A stretch of DNA of 64,000 nt, from contig NW_027117352.1 of NCBI RefSeq assembly GCF_038025025.1, positions 1 through 64,000 on the forward strand, in the 5' to 3' direction. The notes below the pieces were generated by a model, which saw nothing but the letters and a program-made list of their open reading frames with translations, was not told the DNA's origin and did not search any database. Both the position numbers and the translations under genes were made by a program. Shown piece by piece: positions 1 to 12,867 of this stretch. Numbering within the stretch: the first letter of the stretch is position 1; each line of letters begins with the position of its first letter. The stretch comes from Phyllosticta citribraziliensis. Taxonomy: Eukaryota.

Positions 1-3000
1 AGTTAGATTAAAAGCTTATAACTTACCTATAACTTAATACTATAAGTAAGTATTACTAGTAAGGCCTATATACTACCTAGATAATAAATAATAACTACCT
101 ACTACTACCTTCCTAAACCTTATTTCCTATTAGTCTATTACCTACTTTATTATACTTAGTTTCTATAAATAATTTATACCTTCTATAAATATATATTTTC
201 TACTCTCTTTAAGGAATACTCTATATATATTTAGAGAAAGATTTTTATTATAACTATAGCTCCTAATAATACTAAGCCTAAAGGCTAAAATAAGGATAAG
301 ATTATTTAGAATCTAGTTAAGTATAACTTAATTAAAATAAAGAATATTAGTAACTACTATAATTATTTCCTCTTAGTTATTATAACTAGCTCTAAAATAG
401 ATTAGGAAATATTTCTTAAAAGCTTTACTACTAAGGTTAAGGAGGGCCTTAATATTATATACTATTTATCTAATTATATTTTTAATAGTATTAAGATAAG
501 GGAAGACTATAAGAAGATCTTTAAAGGCTATTTTAAAGAGTTTATTAAAGATTTCTACTAGTAATAGTTAGCTATCTATACTATAATAAGGCCTAAGGAA
601 AAGAGGATTAAGGATAACTTTAATAGTATTAATAATACTTAGAAAGGGGAGTTTTAAGAAGAGTAGTTTAATATACTAGAAAAAGGCTATATTAGGACTA
701 TTACCTATATAGCCTATAAGTTTATACCTCTTATTAAGCTTATAGTACTTCTTAATTAGCTAGCTCTTAAGTACTTAGTCCTTATCTACTCTATTTACTA
801 AGGCTATAGTAATAAGTTAAAGACTCCCTTTCCTACCCCTAATAATATAGCCCTTACTAAAAAGGCCATTAATAACTAGATTAAAACTAGATAGTATACT
901 ACTACCTATTAGGCTCCTAATAGGGGATAACTTAATATTTATAATATAAAAAGAGTTAAAGTAGATATTAACCCTATTATAAAATAGTTAGATTATTATT
1001 ATTATAATAAATCTAATAATCTAGTATTAAGGATTAAGTAAATTTAGGAGCTTTCTAATAATAAGGAGCTCCCTAGTAATAATATCTTAGATACTTTATA
1101 AGCCTATTAAAATTATTATAGCCTTCCCCCTATTATTAATTAGCTAGTTATAAAAAAGTTAAAGACCCTAGTTAATATACTTACCTATCTTAGCTTAGCT
1201 AATCTAGTCTATATATCTAAGGTATAGTACTAGGAGTAGGAGTAATAGAACTATTACTAATTCTATATAGATAAGATTAAGGAGTCTTATAAATATAGTA
1301 TAGAGAATAGTTACCTAGACTACTTCTCTCTACTTAATAAGGGTAAGGCTAAGGTAGTAACTTATATAGTAATTATTAAAGAATATATTAATTAAGATAA
1401 GATACTAACTTATAAGGAGTATCTTCTCTAGCTTTAATATTTCTTCTACCTTTAGATCTAGGACTTTAAAAAGGATACTAAAGATATTTAGGAAGATATT
1501 AAAGAGTTTATTAATAAAGATACTTTTATTATAGTAGTTTATTAGAATCCTAACTAGTTCCTCTTAATTACTTATAGTAATCCTTACCCTACCCTACTTA
1601 CTCTCTATACTAAAATAGGATTCTAGAAGCCTTTTATATTAACTAATACTACCTACTTCTAGGATATAGTTAAGGAAAAGTATAATAAAGTATAGCTTAA
1701 AATAAGGATTATTATAAATATAGCTAATAGTATCTTTAGTAGTAAATAGCTATAGGTTAATTATAATAACCTAATAATAAAGATAATTTAAGAGGGAATT
1801 AACTTTACTAAATAAAATATATCCTCTATAAAAAGCTATAATAGCCTTCTTTTTAGAACCTTCTTTACTATTATATAGTAAGTAGCTACTATATCTCTTT
1901 AAATATAGAAGTAGGTAGTTATTATATATAGTAATAATAAGTATATATTACTTATTTACCCTTAACCTCTTTAAACTTCTACTACTTAGTAACTATACTA
2001 TATTACTAGTTTTAAAGGTATAACTACTTAAAAGGAAGCTATAAAAAGTATTATCTAAATTATCTTACCTTTATACTAAGAGATATATAAAGTCTAGGTT
2101 ACCTATTATAATATATTTAATAACTAGATAAAGTATTATAAAGAGCTAGAGAAGTCTAATAGTTATAGTATAGCCTTTCTAAGTAATATAGAGGCTAATA
2201 TCTATAGAGAAGAGCCTTTAAAAGGTGGCTTTACCTCTTATACTAGTCTTAATAGTTTCTAATACCTAGTAATATATAATAAGGACTAGAAGGAGAACCT
2301 AAAGGTATATATAATCTATATAGCTTATATTATAGAGTAGGATAGTACCTTTAACTTCCCTAAGTATAGTATCTTCCCCTATAATACTTAAGACTTAAAA
2401 AGATATCTTTAGGCTTAGATCCTATCTATATAGAATTTAACTAGATAGAAGTAGCCTATTCCTTAAGAAATAGACCTTTTAATTATTACCTTAAAAGGTA
2501 TAAGCCCTATCTATAATACTTTAATTAAAAGAGTATCTTAGGACTTAGTTAAAGTCTAATCTATAGTTAAGATAGTATTTATAGAAGATTAAATTAAGTA
2601 GAATACCTATATTACTATTATTAAGTTATACCTAATAGCTAATATCCTTAATACCTATATATAGTATAAGAGGCTTAAGAAAGAGTATAATATAGAGTTC
2701 TAGACTTAATCTACTACTCCCTAGCCTAAGGGTAATAAAGTTATAGATATAGAGTATTAGTACTTTATTTTAGTACTTACTAGTCTTAGTAGTTAAAAAC
2801 TTAGAACTAGTTTAGAGTTTTTCTTTTTATTAATAATAGTAAACCCTATTAATAAGTATTATCCTAGGGGAATTTATAAGTCTCTACTTTCTCTTTACTT
2901 ATTTTTATTTCTTAATACCCCTACTTATAGTATAGACTTTTAGCTTATCTTATTTTTCTTCCCCTCTATATAAGATTAGGAAATAGGCTAAGAATAGTTA

Positions 3001-3560
3001 ATAGGTACTTTATATATAGTTTTTAAGCTTTAGTACTAATAATTTAATTTTATAAACTTCTTTTCTATAATAACCTATACTTCTATATTTTATTCTTCTT
3101 AATTTAACCTATATAAGAGATAGCTAAGGGATAGCTAGATAGACCTATAGTAAGATATAAGATAGTAGAGTAGACTTAGCTTAGAGACTACCTTAGGCTT
3201 ATTAATATTATATAATATATAGAGATTAAGGAAGAAGTATATAGTCTAGCCTTATAGACTTAGTCTAGAGAGGGGGGGTAAAAAATAAATATACTCTTTC
3301 TATACTAAAAGTTCCTATCTAAGGTATAGATTTTCTCTCCTTTATTTAATACCTTTTTCTACTTATTTAAACTTAAAAACCCTATCTAAAAACTCTATAC
3401 TATTTTAGAGAAAATAAATCTTAGTCCCTACTAGGAAATATAAATAATAGAGAGATTAAAAGAGCTATTTATAGAAGGTTATTATAGAATAAAGAATAGA
3501 GCCATAAATTTAGAATTACTAAATAGAGTACTTTAGAAAAACTAGGTATTTATATAAAAT
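1..3560. mobile_element. RIP-mutated coding-like relic of unidentified repeat family
   Basis: Non-repetitive sequence with full RIP signature. No RT, integrase or transposase motif could be read with confidence. Confidence 0.35.
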
Positions 3561-3684
3561 CATATAATTAGTCACATAATTAATCTCCCCCTGCTAAACT
3601 AGATAATTTTCTAGGAGATGGTTTTTATTAAGGAGTCTTTACTAGTAGAGTTGTTTTCCTAAGGTCCCTCCCTAGGCCGACAAT

Positions 3685-4466
3685 ACTTATAAAGGAGAGA
3701 TAAGTATACTAGGCTAATAAATACTAATATACTTATAATATTTAAGAGAATAACCTTATCTTTATTAAAGTAAAGTATATAGATACTAGATACCTCTAGA
3801 AGCTTAGATAGCCTAATCTAGGGCTATATTAAGTAGACTCTATAAGAGATAACTAGGTAATATTAGACTTATTATAAGGTTCTTATATTATAAACTAATT
3901 TAATATAGAATAGTTATACTAGTATAATAATAGGCTACTACCTAGCTAATAAGAGCCACCCCTACTACTAGAGCTAAATAATAAGAGTAAAGAGGAGTAG
4001 TATATATAGAAGGTCCTAGATACCTAGATAAATAAGTAAAGGGGAGGTATACTATAGTTTTAGGTCTATTAGATAGGATATCTACCTAATATAACCTAGT
4101 AGGATACTAATAATAGCTTATTTAATAGAGTAGCTAAGACTATCCTAGATTAGTATTAGATAAATAATAAAAAGGGACTATACCTACCTAATAGCTAGTC
4201 CTTAGGTTAAGGACCTAAAGGGGAGGGGAGTAGTAAGATAAATTAATATAAATAGAGTAGATAGATAGTAGAGTAGGTATAAGGCCTATAAGGATACTAA
4301 GAAATAGGGTTAGCTAAACCTTAGTTATATAGTAGTATATATATCTAAGTAAGCTATAGGCTAAGTTAGCTATAGCTCTATATCCTCCCTACTACTCTAC
4401 CTTATAATTATTAATTATTAGCTAATCAACTCGCCTCGCTTAGTACTAATTTACTGCTTTATAATA
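3685..4466 (+). mobile_element. 3' fragment of Ty3/Gypsy chromovirus (element A): chromodomain, PPT and 3' LTR
   Basis: Mentally de-RIPed frame at ~3990-4110 reads EEWY..KVLDT.I....G..QF.V.W.GYP...TW.D (chromodomain). Polypurine tract aaaggggaggggag at 4217-4230. ~235-bp LTR-like segment ends ATAATA (plausibly RIPed ACAACA) at 4466. Confidence 0.7.
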
Positions 4467-4469
4467 CTA

Positions 4470-7400
4470 TCTATATATAATACTACCTTATCCCTATTAT
4501 AGCCTACTACTATAACTCCTATTAAGATCTTATATTATAGCTAACCTCTTAATAATAACCCTCTAATCTCTCCTATAAGTTAGTAGTAAGTAAGTTAGCT
4601 AGCTATACTAACTATTATATTATAAGCTAGGCCTATTAGAATATACCTAATTATATTACTAATAATAAAGCTAATAGTAATTAAGGGCTATATCTATTAT
4701 TAAGGAGATTATAATATACCTTAATAAATAGAGCTAATCCTAGATAAGCTTATTAGCTAATATTATACTAATTACTACTTTTAATATAGTCCTACTCTAA
4801 TACTAGCTAGGCTATAAGGCCTATTCTATCTATACCTTTACTTCTATTAATAATTTAGAATATACTAAACTTTACTTATTAGAGCCTATCTTATAAGCCT
4901 TTAGTACTAGTAGTAATAAACCTTACCTCTATTATACTACCCCCTATAAGTATTATAATCTTTTAGATATATTTTATAATACTAACCCCCTCTCTTACTC
5001 CTATCTATAAACTAATTTCTATATAGAACTAAAGGATAGTACTAAACTTAAAGACCTTAGCTATATACTACTCTACTATACTAATAATATCTAGTTAATA
5101 GAGATTAAGTAATATATCTAGGAGGGTATTAATCTTAATATACTAGAGCCTAGTAAGGTAGGTATAGCCTTATCTATTTTACTTATAGCTAAGCCTAATA
5201 GTAGTATTTAGTTTTATATTAATTACTAGAAGCTTAATAAGCTTATAAAAAAGGACTACTATCCCCTCCTATTACTAGATAAGATAATTAGCTAGATAAA
5301 AGGTACTAAGTATATTACTAAGCTTAATATTAAGTAGGCTTTCTATTAAATATATATTATAGATAAGTAGAATAAGGACCTACTTATATTCTAGACTAAC
5401 TATAGTACCTATAAGTACTTAGTTATACCCTTTAGTATAGCTAATAGCCCTAGTACCTAGTAATAGTTAATTAATAAGTACTTATTTTACTATCTTAGTA
5501 AGTATACTACTATATATCTTAATAATATCCTTATTTATAGCTAAATACTTATAGATTACTAGTAGTATATTAGGGAGGTCCTTATATAACTATAAGAGTA
5601 TAGTTTATAAGTTGATATTAATAAGTATAAGTTCTATATCTAGGAAACCTAGTTTCTAGGTATTATTATCTCTACTAATAGTATTTATATAGACCCCTCT
5701 AAGATTAATATAATTATATCTTAGGAATAGCCTATAATAGTAAAATAGGTCTAGTCTTTTCTTAGCACTGCTAATTTCTACTAGTAATTTATTAAGGACT
5801 ATAATAAGACTACTAGGCTATTAATATAGCTAATATATAAGGGCACTAATTAGTAGTAGACTAATACTAAATAATAGTTATTTAATAGTCTTAAGTATAC
5901 CCTTATAATAGTACTAGTCCTTACTTACTTTAACCTAGTCTATAAGATAGTTATATAAATAGACTTATCTAATTAGACTAATAGTAGCCTTCTCTTCTAG
6001 TATAATAATAAATAATAGCTTTACCCTATTATATACTACTCTAAAACTATATATAGTACTAGCTAAGCTTAACTATATTATCTATAATAAGGAGCTCCTA
6101 GCTATTATTTATACCTTAGAGTTATAGGAGCCTAATCTTAAGGCCTACTAAATACTATTTATAGTATTTATAGATTACTAGATATTATAGTATTTTACTA
6201 TAATAAAGTAGCTAACTTATTATTAAGTCTACTAGGCTAAACTCCTCTTAGAATATAACTTTAAGATTATATATTACCTTAGCTATACTAATATTAAAGC
6301 TAATATACTTACTTATTATCCTTAGGATACCCCTACTACTAATAACCCCTAATAATAAATATAATACTAAACTCTACTCCTAGCTAATAAACTCTTAGCT
6401 AGTATATATAAAGACTAGGAGCTAGCCCTAATAGATAATACTAATAATAATAATATATTTATAATCTACTATTTACTTATAGCTAATACTATAAATAATA
6501 CTAAAATAAATAACTAGAGATATTATACTAGTAAGCTAGACTTACTATTTATAATTAATAGGTACTAGAATATTTTTATAGATAGCTACCTTATTATCCC
6601 TATTAAACTTAGGCCTCTCCTTATTTATTATATCTATAAATAGCTATTAACTAGCTACCCTAGCTAAACTTAGCTATATAACCTCCTAGCTCTATAATTT
6701 TAGTTTATATACCTTATCTTATTTATAGCCTAAGTTATAGATAACTACCTAAACTATATCTATATTTATAAGGCTTATATAGCTATTTTAGGCTATCTTT
6801 AGCTACTACTAGTCCTATTATAGCTATAATAGTATATTATTATAGATTTTATTAGCCTACTATTATATAGTAAGGGTATAGATACTATTTTAGTTATATA
6901 TAACTATTTTAGTAAGATATACTAATTTATTACTATAGATACTATAAATAATAGACTAACTACTAAAGTTATAGCTTATATACTTATAGACTATATCTTT
7001 ACTATCTATAATTTCCCTCTCTCTATTATCTTAGACTATAGTAACTAGTTTATCTCTTACCTATAAGAAGGCCTTACTTATATTATTAGTATTAGTTTAA
7101 AGCTATCTATTAGCTATTATCTATAGACTAATAGCTAGACTAAATAGGTTAATTAGGACCTTAAGAACTATTTAAAATAGTTTATTAGGTTCTATTAAGA
7201 TAATTAGTAGCTACTACTATCTATTACCTAGTTTATAACTAATAGTATACTATATAAGAGCCTTAATAGCTACTCTCCTTTTTATATTTATTATAGCTAT
7301 AAGCTATAATTTAATTTTAATACTAAAGTAGCTATTTAGGGTATCTATAGGCTAATTATAGATACCTATTCTATATAACTATAAACTATATAAGCTATTA

Positions 7401-8220
7401 CTTATACTTTATAATAGGTATAGGATAAGATTAAATATAGTTTTATAGTTATATAATAATAAATAGCTATCTAAGCTAACTACTAATATTAGGATTATAT
7501 TATTAAACTAGGTAAATATATATATATCTATATAGATTGTATATATATACTCTATAGCTATCCTACTATACTTAATTTCTATAATAATAGACTATATTAA
7601 GTTACTAATATCTATAGTAACTAGGCTATACTATAACTACCTACTAGTTTATATACCTATAATAAATTTAATATCTTATACCTTATTATTACTAGTAATA
7701 ATCTATTACCTAGAGAGTAACTAGCTACTAGTCTAGCCTTATAGGATAATAATAAGAATAAGAATACTAATTAGGAAGTAGAGGAGGTTATAGGCTACTA
7801 GATATTAGCTAATAGGAGGCTATAGTTTAAGGTAAATTAGGTAAACTACCTACTAGATTAGGTATTCTATAATATAGATAATAGTAAGTTTAATAGTATA
7901 AATAATATTATCTTATACTATTATAAATAATACCTAAACCTGTAATACCTACTAGCTAGTTAGATACATAACTAAGTACTAAAAATATTACTTACTAGGA
8001 GGGGGAGGGTAGGGGGTAGTATTATATACTATATAGTATATATAGTTTATATTTTATAGTATTTAGCACTTAGTATTTACTACTTATATATATACTAGCC
8101 ATTTCTAGTTAGCTAGGGAGTAGATAGTTATTCTATATAGGCTATATAATAACTACTCTTACTCCCTACCTATTAATTATTAGTAGTCTATATTGATTTA
8201 CTCTACTAGGCGCTATAATA
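4470..8220 (+). mobile_element. RIP-inactivated Ty3/Gypsy chromovirus (element B): RT, RNase H, integrase, chromodomain, PPT, 3' LTR
   Basis: RT motifs KD.YPL.LLD..KGTKYITKL(D)IK.AF at ~5250-5345 and YLNNILIYS (RIPed YLDDILIYS) at 5515-5541. RNase H NY.IY(D)KELLAII at ~6071-6109. Integrase SIISD..QF (~7021) and LS..HPQTDGQTER.NQ.LENYL-like (~7100-7175). Chromodomain (W)EVEEV..L.FKV.(W)VNY at ~7770-7850. PPT ~7998-8016, then ~200-bp LTR-like segment ending CTATAATA. Confidence 0.9.
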
Positions 8221-10250
8221 TAAGCTAGCTAGCCCTACTTAGTTATAGGAGTTAGGGTTATACTATAGTTAGCCTATAGGAGCTATCCTAGGTAGTAGTA
8301 GCCTTATTAATAGGAGATAAGGACCTATTAATAGGTATACTATCCTAGTAGTAGTATATACTACCTAGCTAGTTAGCCTATTCTAAGGGACCTATTATAA
8401 GGAAATAATAACTAGATAACCCTTATATATAGGTCCCTATTATTAGTAATATATCTATACTTCTTACTATTAGTAAGCTAATCCTAGATATAGCTAGTAG
8501 CTTCCTAGATTAACTTAGTATATATCTTAGCTAACTTATCTACTAGGTCCTTAATTATAGTATTATTACTCTTTACTAAAGGTATCCTAGTCTTAGAGGT
8601 TAAATATCTACTTAAAGCTATAGTTATAGAGGAATAGCTATCTAAGGATAATATAATAAGTAGTAGAGGGGACTATAAGAGGTATCCTCTTCCTACTAGT
8701 ATAGGGTCTATAATATAATCTAACCTCTTAATATAGTATATAACTATATTTATAACTTTTAATAAGTCTATAGTTTATAATACTATATACTATTTATATT
8801 CTAGCTAGGCCTTAATATATAATTAAAGATACTAAATATTCCTAGCTCTATAGGATATATACCCTTTATATAAGAACCTAGTCCTTATATCTATATATAG
8901 GGTATTAAGGAACTATATCTCCTATAGGCTCTTATTAATATATTCTCCTTCTATTACTTTATTACTAAGTATCTAATAAAGTTAAAAGAACTTACATACT
9001 TTAGAAGGGTAATATAGGTCCTTATACCTCTTAGCTAAGTTCTTAATATAGCTTTAATTTCTACTAATTATACTAGTATCTTAATTCTTATAGTATACTA
9101 GTATCTAGACTTTTAGGCCTTCCTAATCTCTAGTCTTAAACTTAATAGTATAGTAAATTTCTAGGCTAATTAGGGTTATATAGTACTAGACTAGCTTTAG
9201 TATAAATTCTTCTAAGAGACTCCTAGTATTACGAGCTAGCTAGAAACCTATAATTAAATTAAATACTACTTAGTATTAAGTACTAGGTATACCTATACTA
9301 TAACTACTAGCTATAACTATAAGCTATATATATAGAAGTTACCTAACTCCCTAAGAGCTACCTAGCTACTTAGATAATTTAACCCCAGTACTTATATATA
9401 TAATACTAATATAATAATAGAAATAAGAATAGAGCCTCCTATACCTATAGTAGGGACTTAACTAAGTAGTTAGTTTTAAGAAGTATATTATCACTATTAA
9501 GCTAGTAATCTACTATATAATTTAGGGCTAAGATAAGGTCTTATTCTCTTATAGTACCTACCTTCCTTCTATTATAATTCCTAAGGTAAGTTAGGTAATA
9601 GAATATAAAAGGATCTTATTATATAGATACTATAGATAGCTATCTTTATTTTCTTATAATTAATACTTCTAAGTAGACTTAATACTAACTTAACTTCTAC
9701 CTTATTTAGGTGCCCTCTTTACTTAGCTTTATCTCCTATACTTATATACCCTAGTACTAGATAAATACTTACTTAGAACTAGTCTACTAATTAGGTAATC
9801 TATTAGCTCATAATACTTTTATTTAAAAGAAATTATTTTCTACTCTCCTTACTATTTCTTTTATATTAGAAGACTCCCCCTAGCCCCTTTCTAGTCCTTT
9901 ATATATTCTATATACTAAATAATATACTAGTAGTTTAAAGAGACCTATAGAAGATCCCCCTAGACTACTCTCTCTTATCTTTTCCTTATTATTTATAGTA
10001 TTACTAACTATAGTCTCTTCTTATTATACCTATAAGGACTAGGCCTAAATTATCTAATTACTACTATTAAATTCTCTACTAGGAAGGAACTATTATTAAG
10101 GTATAGGTCTCTTTCTTTCCTTTTAAGGAAGCTAAAAGACCTATAGGTTATATAGCTACTAGATACTTAGGGCCTTAAAACCCTTATCTCTATAGTCTTT
10201 AACTTTTAAGGGATATTAAACTAAATAAATAAGTAAATAAATAAATAAAT
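8221..10250 (+). mobile_element. Probable RIPed non-LTR (LINE, Tad1-like) retrotransposon 3' portion
   Basis: Ends in a (TAAA)n tail at 10222-10250. Its last ~220 bp resemble 11261-11477. Possible RNase H (W)VPS remnant near 9707. The 5' boundary is uncertain. Confidence 0.5.
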
Positions 10251-10766
10251 TACTAGTAGAGTAAATAGTAGCCTTATTATAGAGGGCTTTAATATTATCT
10301 TTACTTATAGTTAATTAAGCTTAAAGATTATTAATTATTATGTATAGGTTATTAGGCTACTAAGCCTTATACTTATTATACTTATTTTAGAGGGCTATTA
10401 GTTAGTTCTAGAGTATAGTAACTTTAGCTTTATACTTATAGTAATACTTATCTTTATTATAGTAGTCTATAATAAGCTAATTAAGGACTACCTAGTACTT
10501 ATTAGTCTAGTCCTTATTAATTATTGTATTCTTAATACCTCTAACTTTATTAATTATATCTTTTATAGACTTAAGGTCTTCTATACTACTTATAGTACTA
10601 TATTTTATTTTAGTAACTTATCTAGTTAGTATTATGTAGTAGCTAGGTTTTATATATTATATATATATATAGTAGTTTTAATCTAAATCTACCTAATAGA
10701 GTAAAAGAAGAGTTATTAGCTTAAGTATTTAGGCCTTAAGGAGATAATAAAGAGACCTTATAATAA

Positions 10767-11006
10767 TATTATAAAGTAGTAGATTAGTACCTAATAAGGT
10801 AAGTTAATTAGCTAATAGTTAATAATTATAAGGTAGAGTAGAAGAGAGGATATAGAGCTATAGCTAACTTAGCCCTATAGCTTACTTAGGCATATATAGT
10901 ACTATATAACTAAGGTTTAGCTAACCTTATACTTTAGTATCCTTATAGACCTTATACCTACTCTACTACCTATCTACTCTATCTATATTAATTTATCTTA
11001 CTCCCT
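10767..11006 (-). mobile_element. Inverted solo-LTR-like copy of element A LTR
   Basis: Reverse complement aligns by eye along its length with ~4228-4466 (e.g. gtagagtaggtataagg.ctataaggatactaa; gctaagttagctatagctctatatcctc). Confidence 0.85.
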
Positions 11007-11477
11007 AAGTATTAAAAACCTATTTAAAAAAATAGAAACTATAAAGGTAACCTTAGCCTTTATTAAAAAGACTAATATAGCTACTAAAAAGTAGTATATT
11101 AAATGAGAACCCACTATATAGTAGGGTTAAGGAGTTATATATATATATAATATATATTTTACTCCCCTATCTATAAAAAAACCTAACTATCTCCCTTATA
11201 AACTTATACTCCTTTAGTTTTTACTTATTTCTACTTATTTTACTAGTTTAGTAATTTTCCTATAAGGGCTAGGCCTAAAATATCTAATTATAACTACTAA
11301 AAAAATACCTAGGAAAGAACGGGTGATATATATATATTTATATATACTCCTAATATAGTAATAACCTAATAGGATATATAATATATAAGCTATATAGAAC
11401 TACTAGGATAGCCATCCTCATCTCTTATAGTCTTAGACTTAAGAGGGACGTTAAACTAAATAAATAAATAAATAAAT
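11007..11477 (+). mobile_element. Second LINE-like 3' end with (TAAA)n tail
   Basis: cctataagg.ctaggcctaaa.tatctaatta and ggga..ttaaactaaataaata are shared with 10029-10250. Tail at ~11457-11477. Confidence 0.6.
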
Positions 11478-12867
11478 ATACTAATCAACTGTCATACTAT
11501 TTTATTTAATTAAGACACATATATATTCTTAAGTAGTCCGTCCTCAGTACTAACCTACGCACAAGAAACTTGCGAGTCGTGACGAAAATGCCACCACTGA
11601 TGCCAACATCATGAATGCGCGCGTTACGGGGGCGTCCTCACAGCGGAACCAGGTATGCGCGAGATTAGATGAGGTGGCGCGCCAAGTCTATCGGCGGAGC
11701 GCTCCTTGCTTTGACGAGGTTCGATGGGGCGCGGCGCCAACCTGCTGATGTTTGATGGAAGAGGGAGTCTTCTTCCATTTATCTTAGATAGAAGGGAGCA
11801 AATATAGCGTGTTGATGGTCACAGTCTACCTTGATAAGTCTCCTCTATCTTGTTGCTTACAGTGATCTAGACTTAATTGATCACGTTAAGGACTTGAGAA
11901 GAAGATGAGTATAATGCAATTTGCTGATTACAGAAGCACATAAATGAGAGAAGAAAAAAGAAAGAAACAAGAAATATCAACGACACAAGCAAAGCGAAGA
12001 GTAAACACATCAATCACATCACGAAAACAGCAGAAAAGTCAAGATACCACAAAGACACTATCCTGACAGACCACCAACCCACCAAACCCAAGTCCACACA
12101 AACCACACTCCCGACGCAAACTTCTTTCCCTTTGCCTATGAATCTATCCATTCTTCCAGGTCCAATCTCCCCTCATCATCCCAGGACAGCCCATCCAAGA
12201 ACCGCCAAAGCATTCCACAACCTCTTGGTATCCCCGTTGGCCCCTCTACCCCATTTACCAGCGAGCGCGGGCACTCTTTCAACGCACGCACGCGCGCGTC
12301 TGCGCAAACAAACCCTGCACTCGTCCTCCTTCTCCGCGTCTGTTGTTTTGAACCGAGTCCACGTGGGCCTGCCGGCGTGGCAGCCTTTGTTTGGTGTAAA
12401 CGAGGGGGACCGTTTGCCTGTAGATAAAGTCGACGGACGCGTTGGCGTAAACAATGCGATTTCCCTTCTCCCCGATCTTGGCCTCGAAGTCGAGCTGTTT
12501 TCGTGTTTGGATTGTTTTTGAAGGGCTGACTGAGCAAGGACGGCCGTCTCTCTTTTGAGTCTTTTCTTTGTTGTGTGTGTTGAAGAAGCCCGGTTTCGTG
12601 GGTTAACTTGACGCTGCGCTGCGTCTGTCAGTCGCTTCTGTCTGCCCGTCGTTACAGTCTCCTCTCATCGCTCGTTGGACGTCGTCTCTGGTGTCACCGT
12701 TCGTTTCTCTTCCTTTTACTCAACCTCTTTGCAGGAGAAGTTTATCGCCACCTTTCTCGCTCGAATTGTTCGTCCTGAAAGATCGGACTTCCACTCACTC
12801 ACCCACTCTTCTCCTTTCCCCTGTCCATCGGTCAACCATAGACCAAAACTCCTCTCCAAACGGCACA

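Larger units (their letters stand above)
1..11520. repeat. RIP-degenerated AT-rich transposon block
   Basis: Extreme TpA excess, near absence of CpA/TpG and CpG, no ORFs in the supplied track, abrupt switch to GC-balanced DNA at ~11.52-11.56 kb. Confidence 0.97.

Noticed and set aside
8251..8260. TTAGGGTTA telomere-like motif
   Set aside because: Only 1.5 units inside TA-rich RIPed DNA; no array.
12132..12537. Overlapping short ORFs upstream of the lectin gene
   Set aside because: Low-information peptides on both strands with no homology cues.
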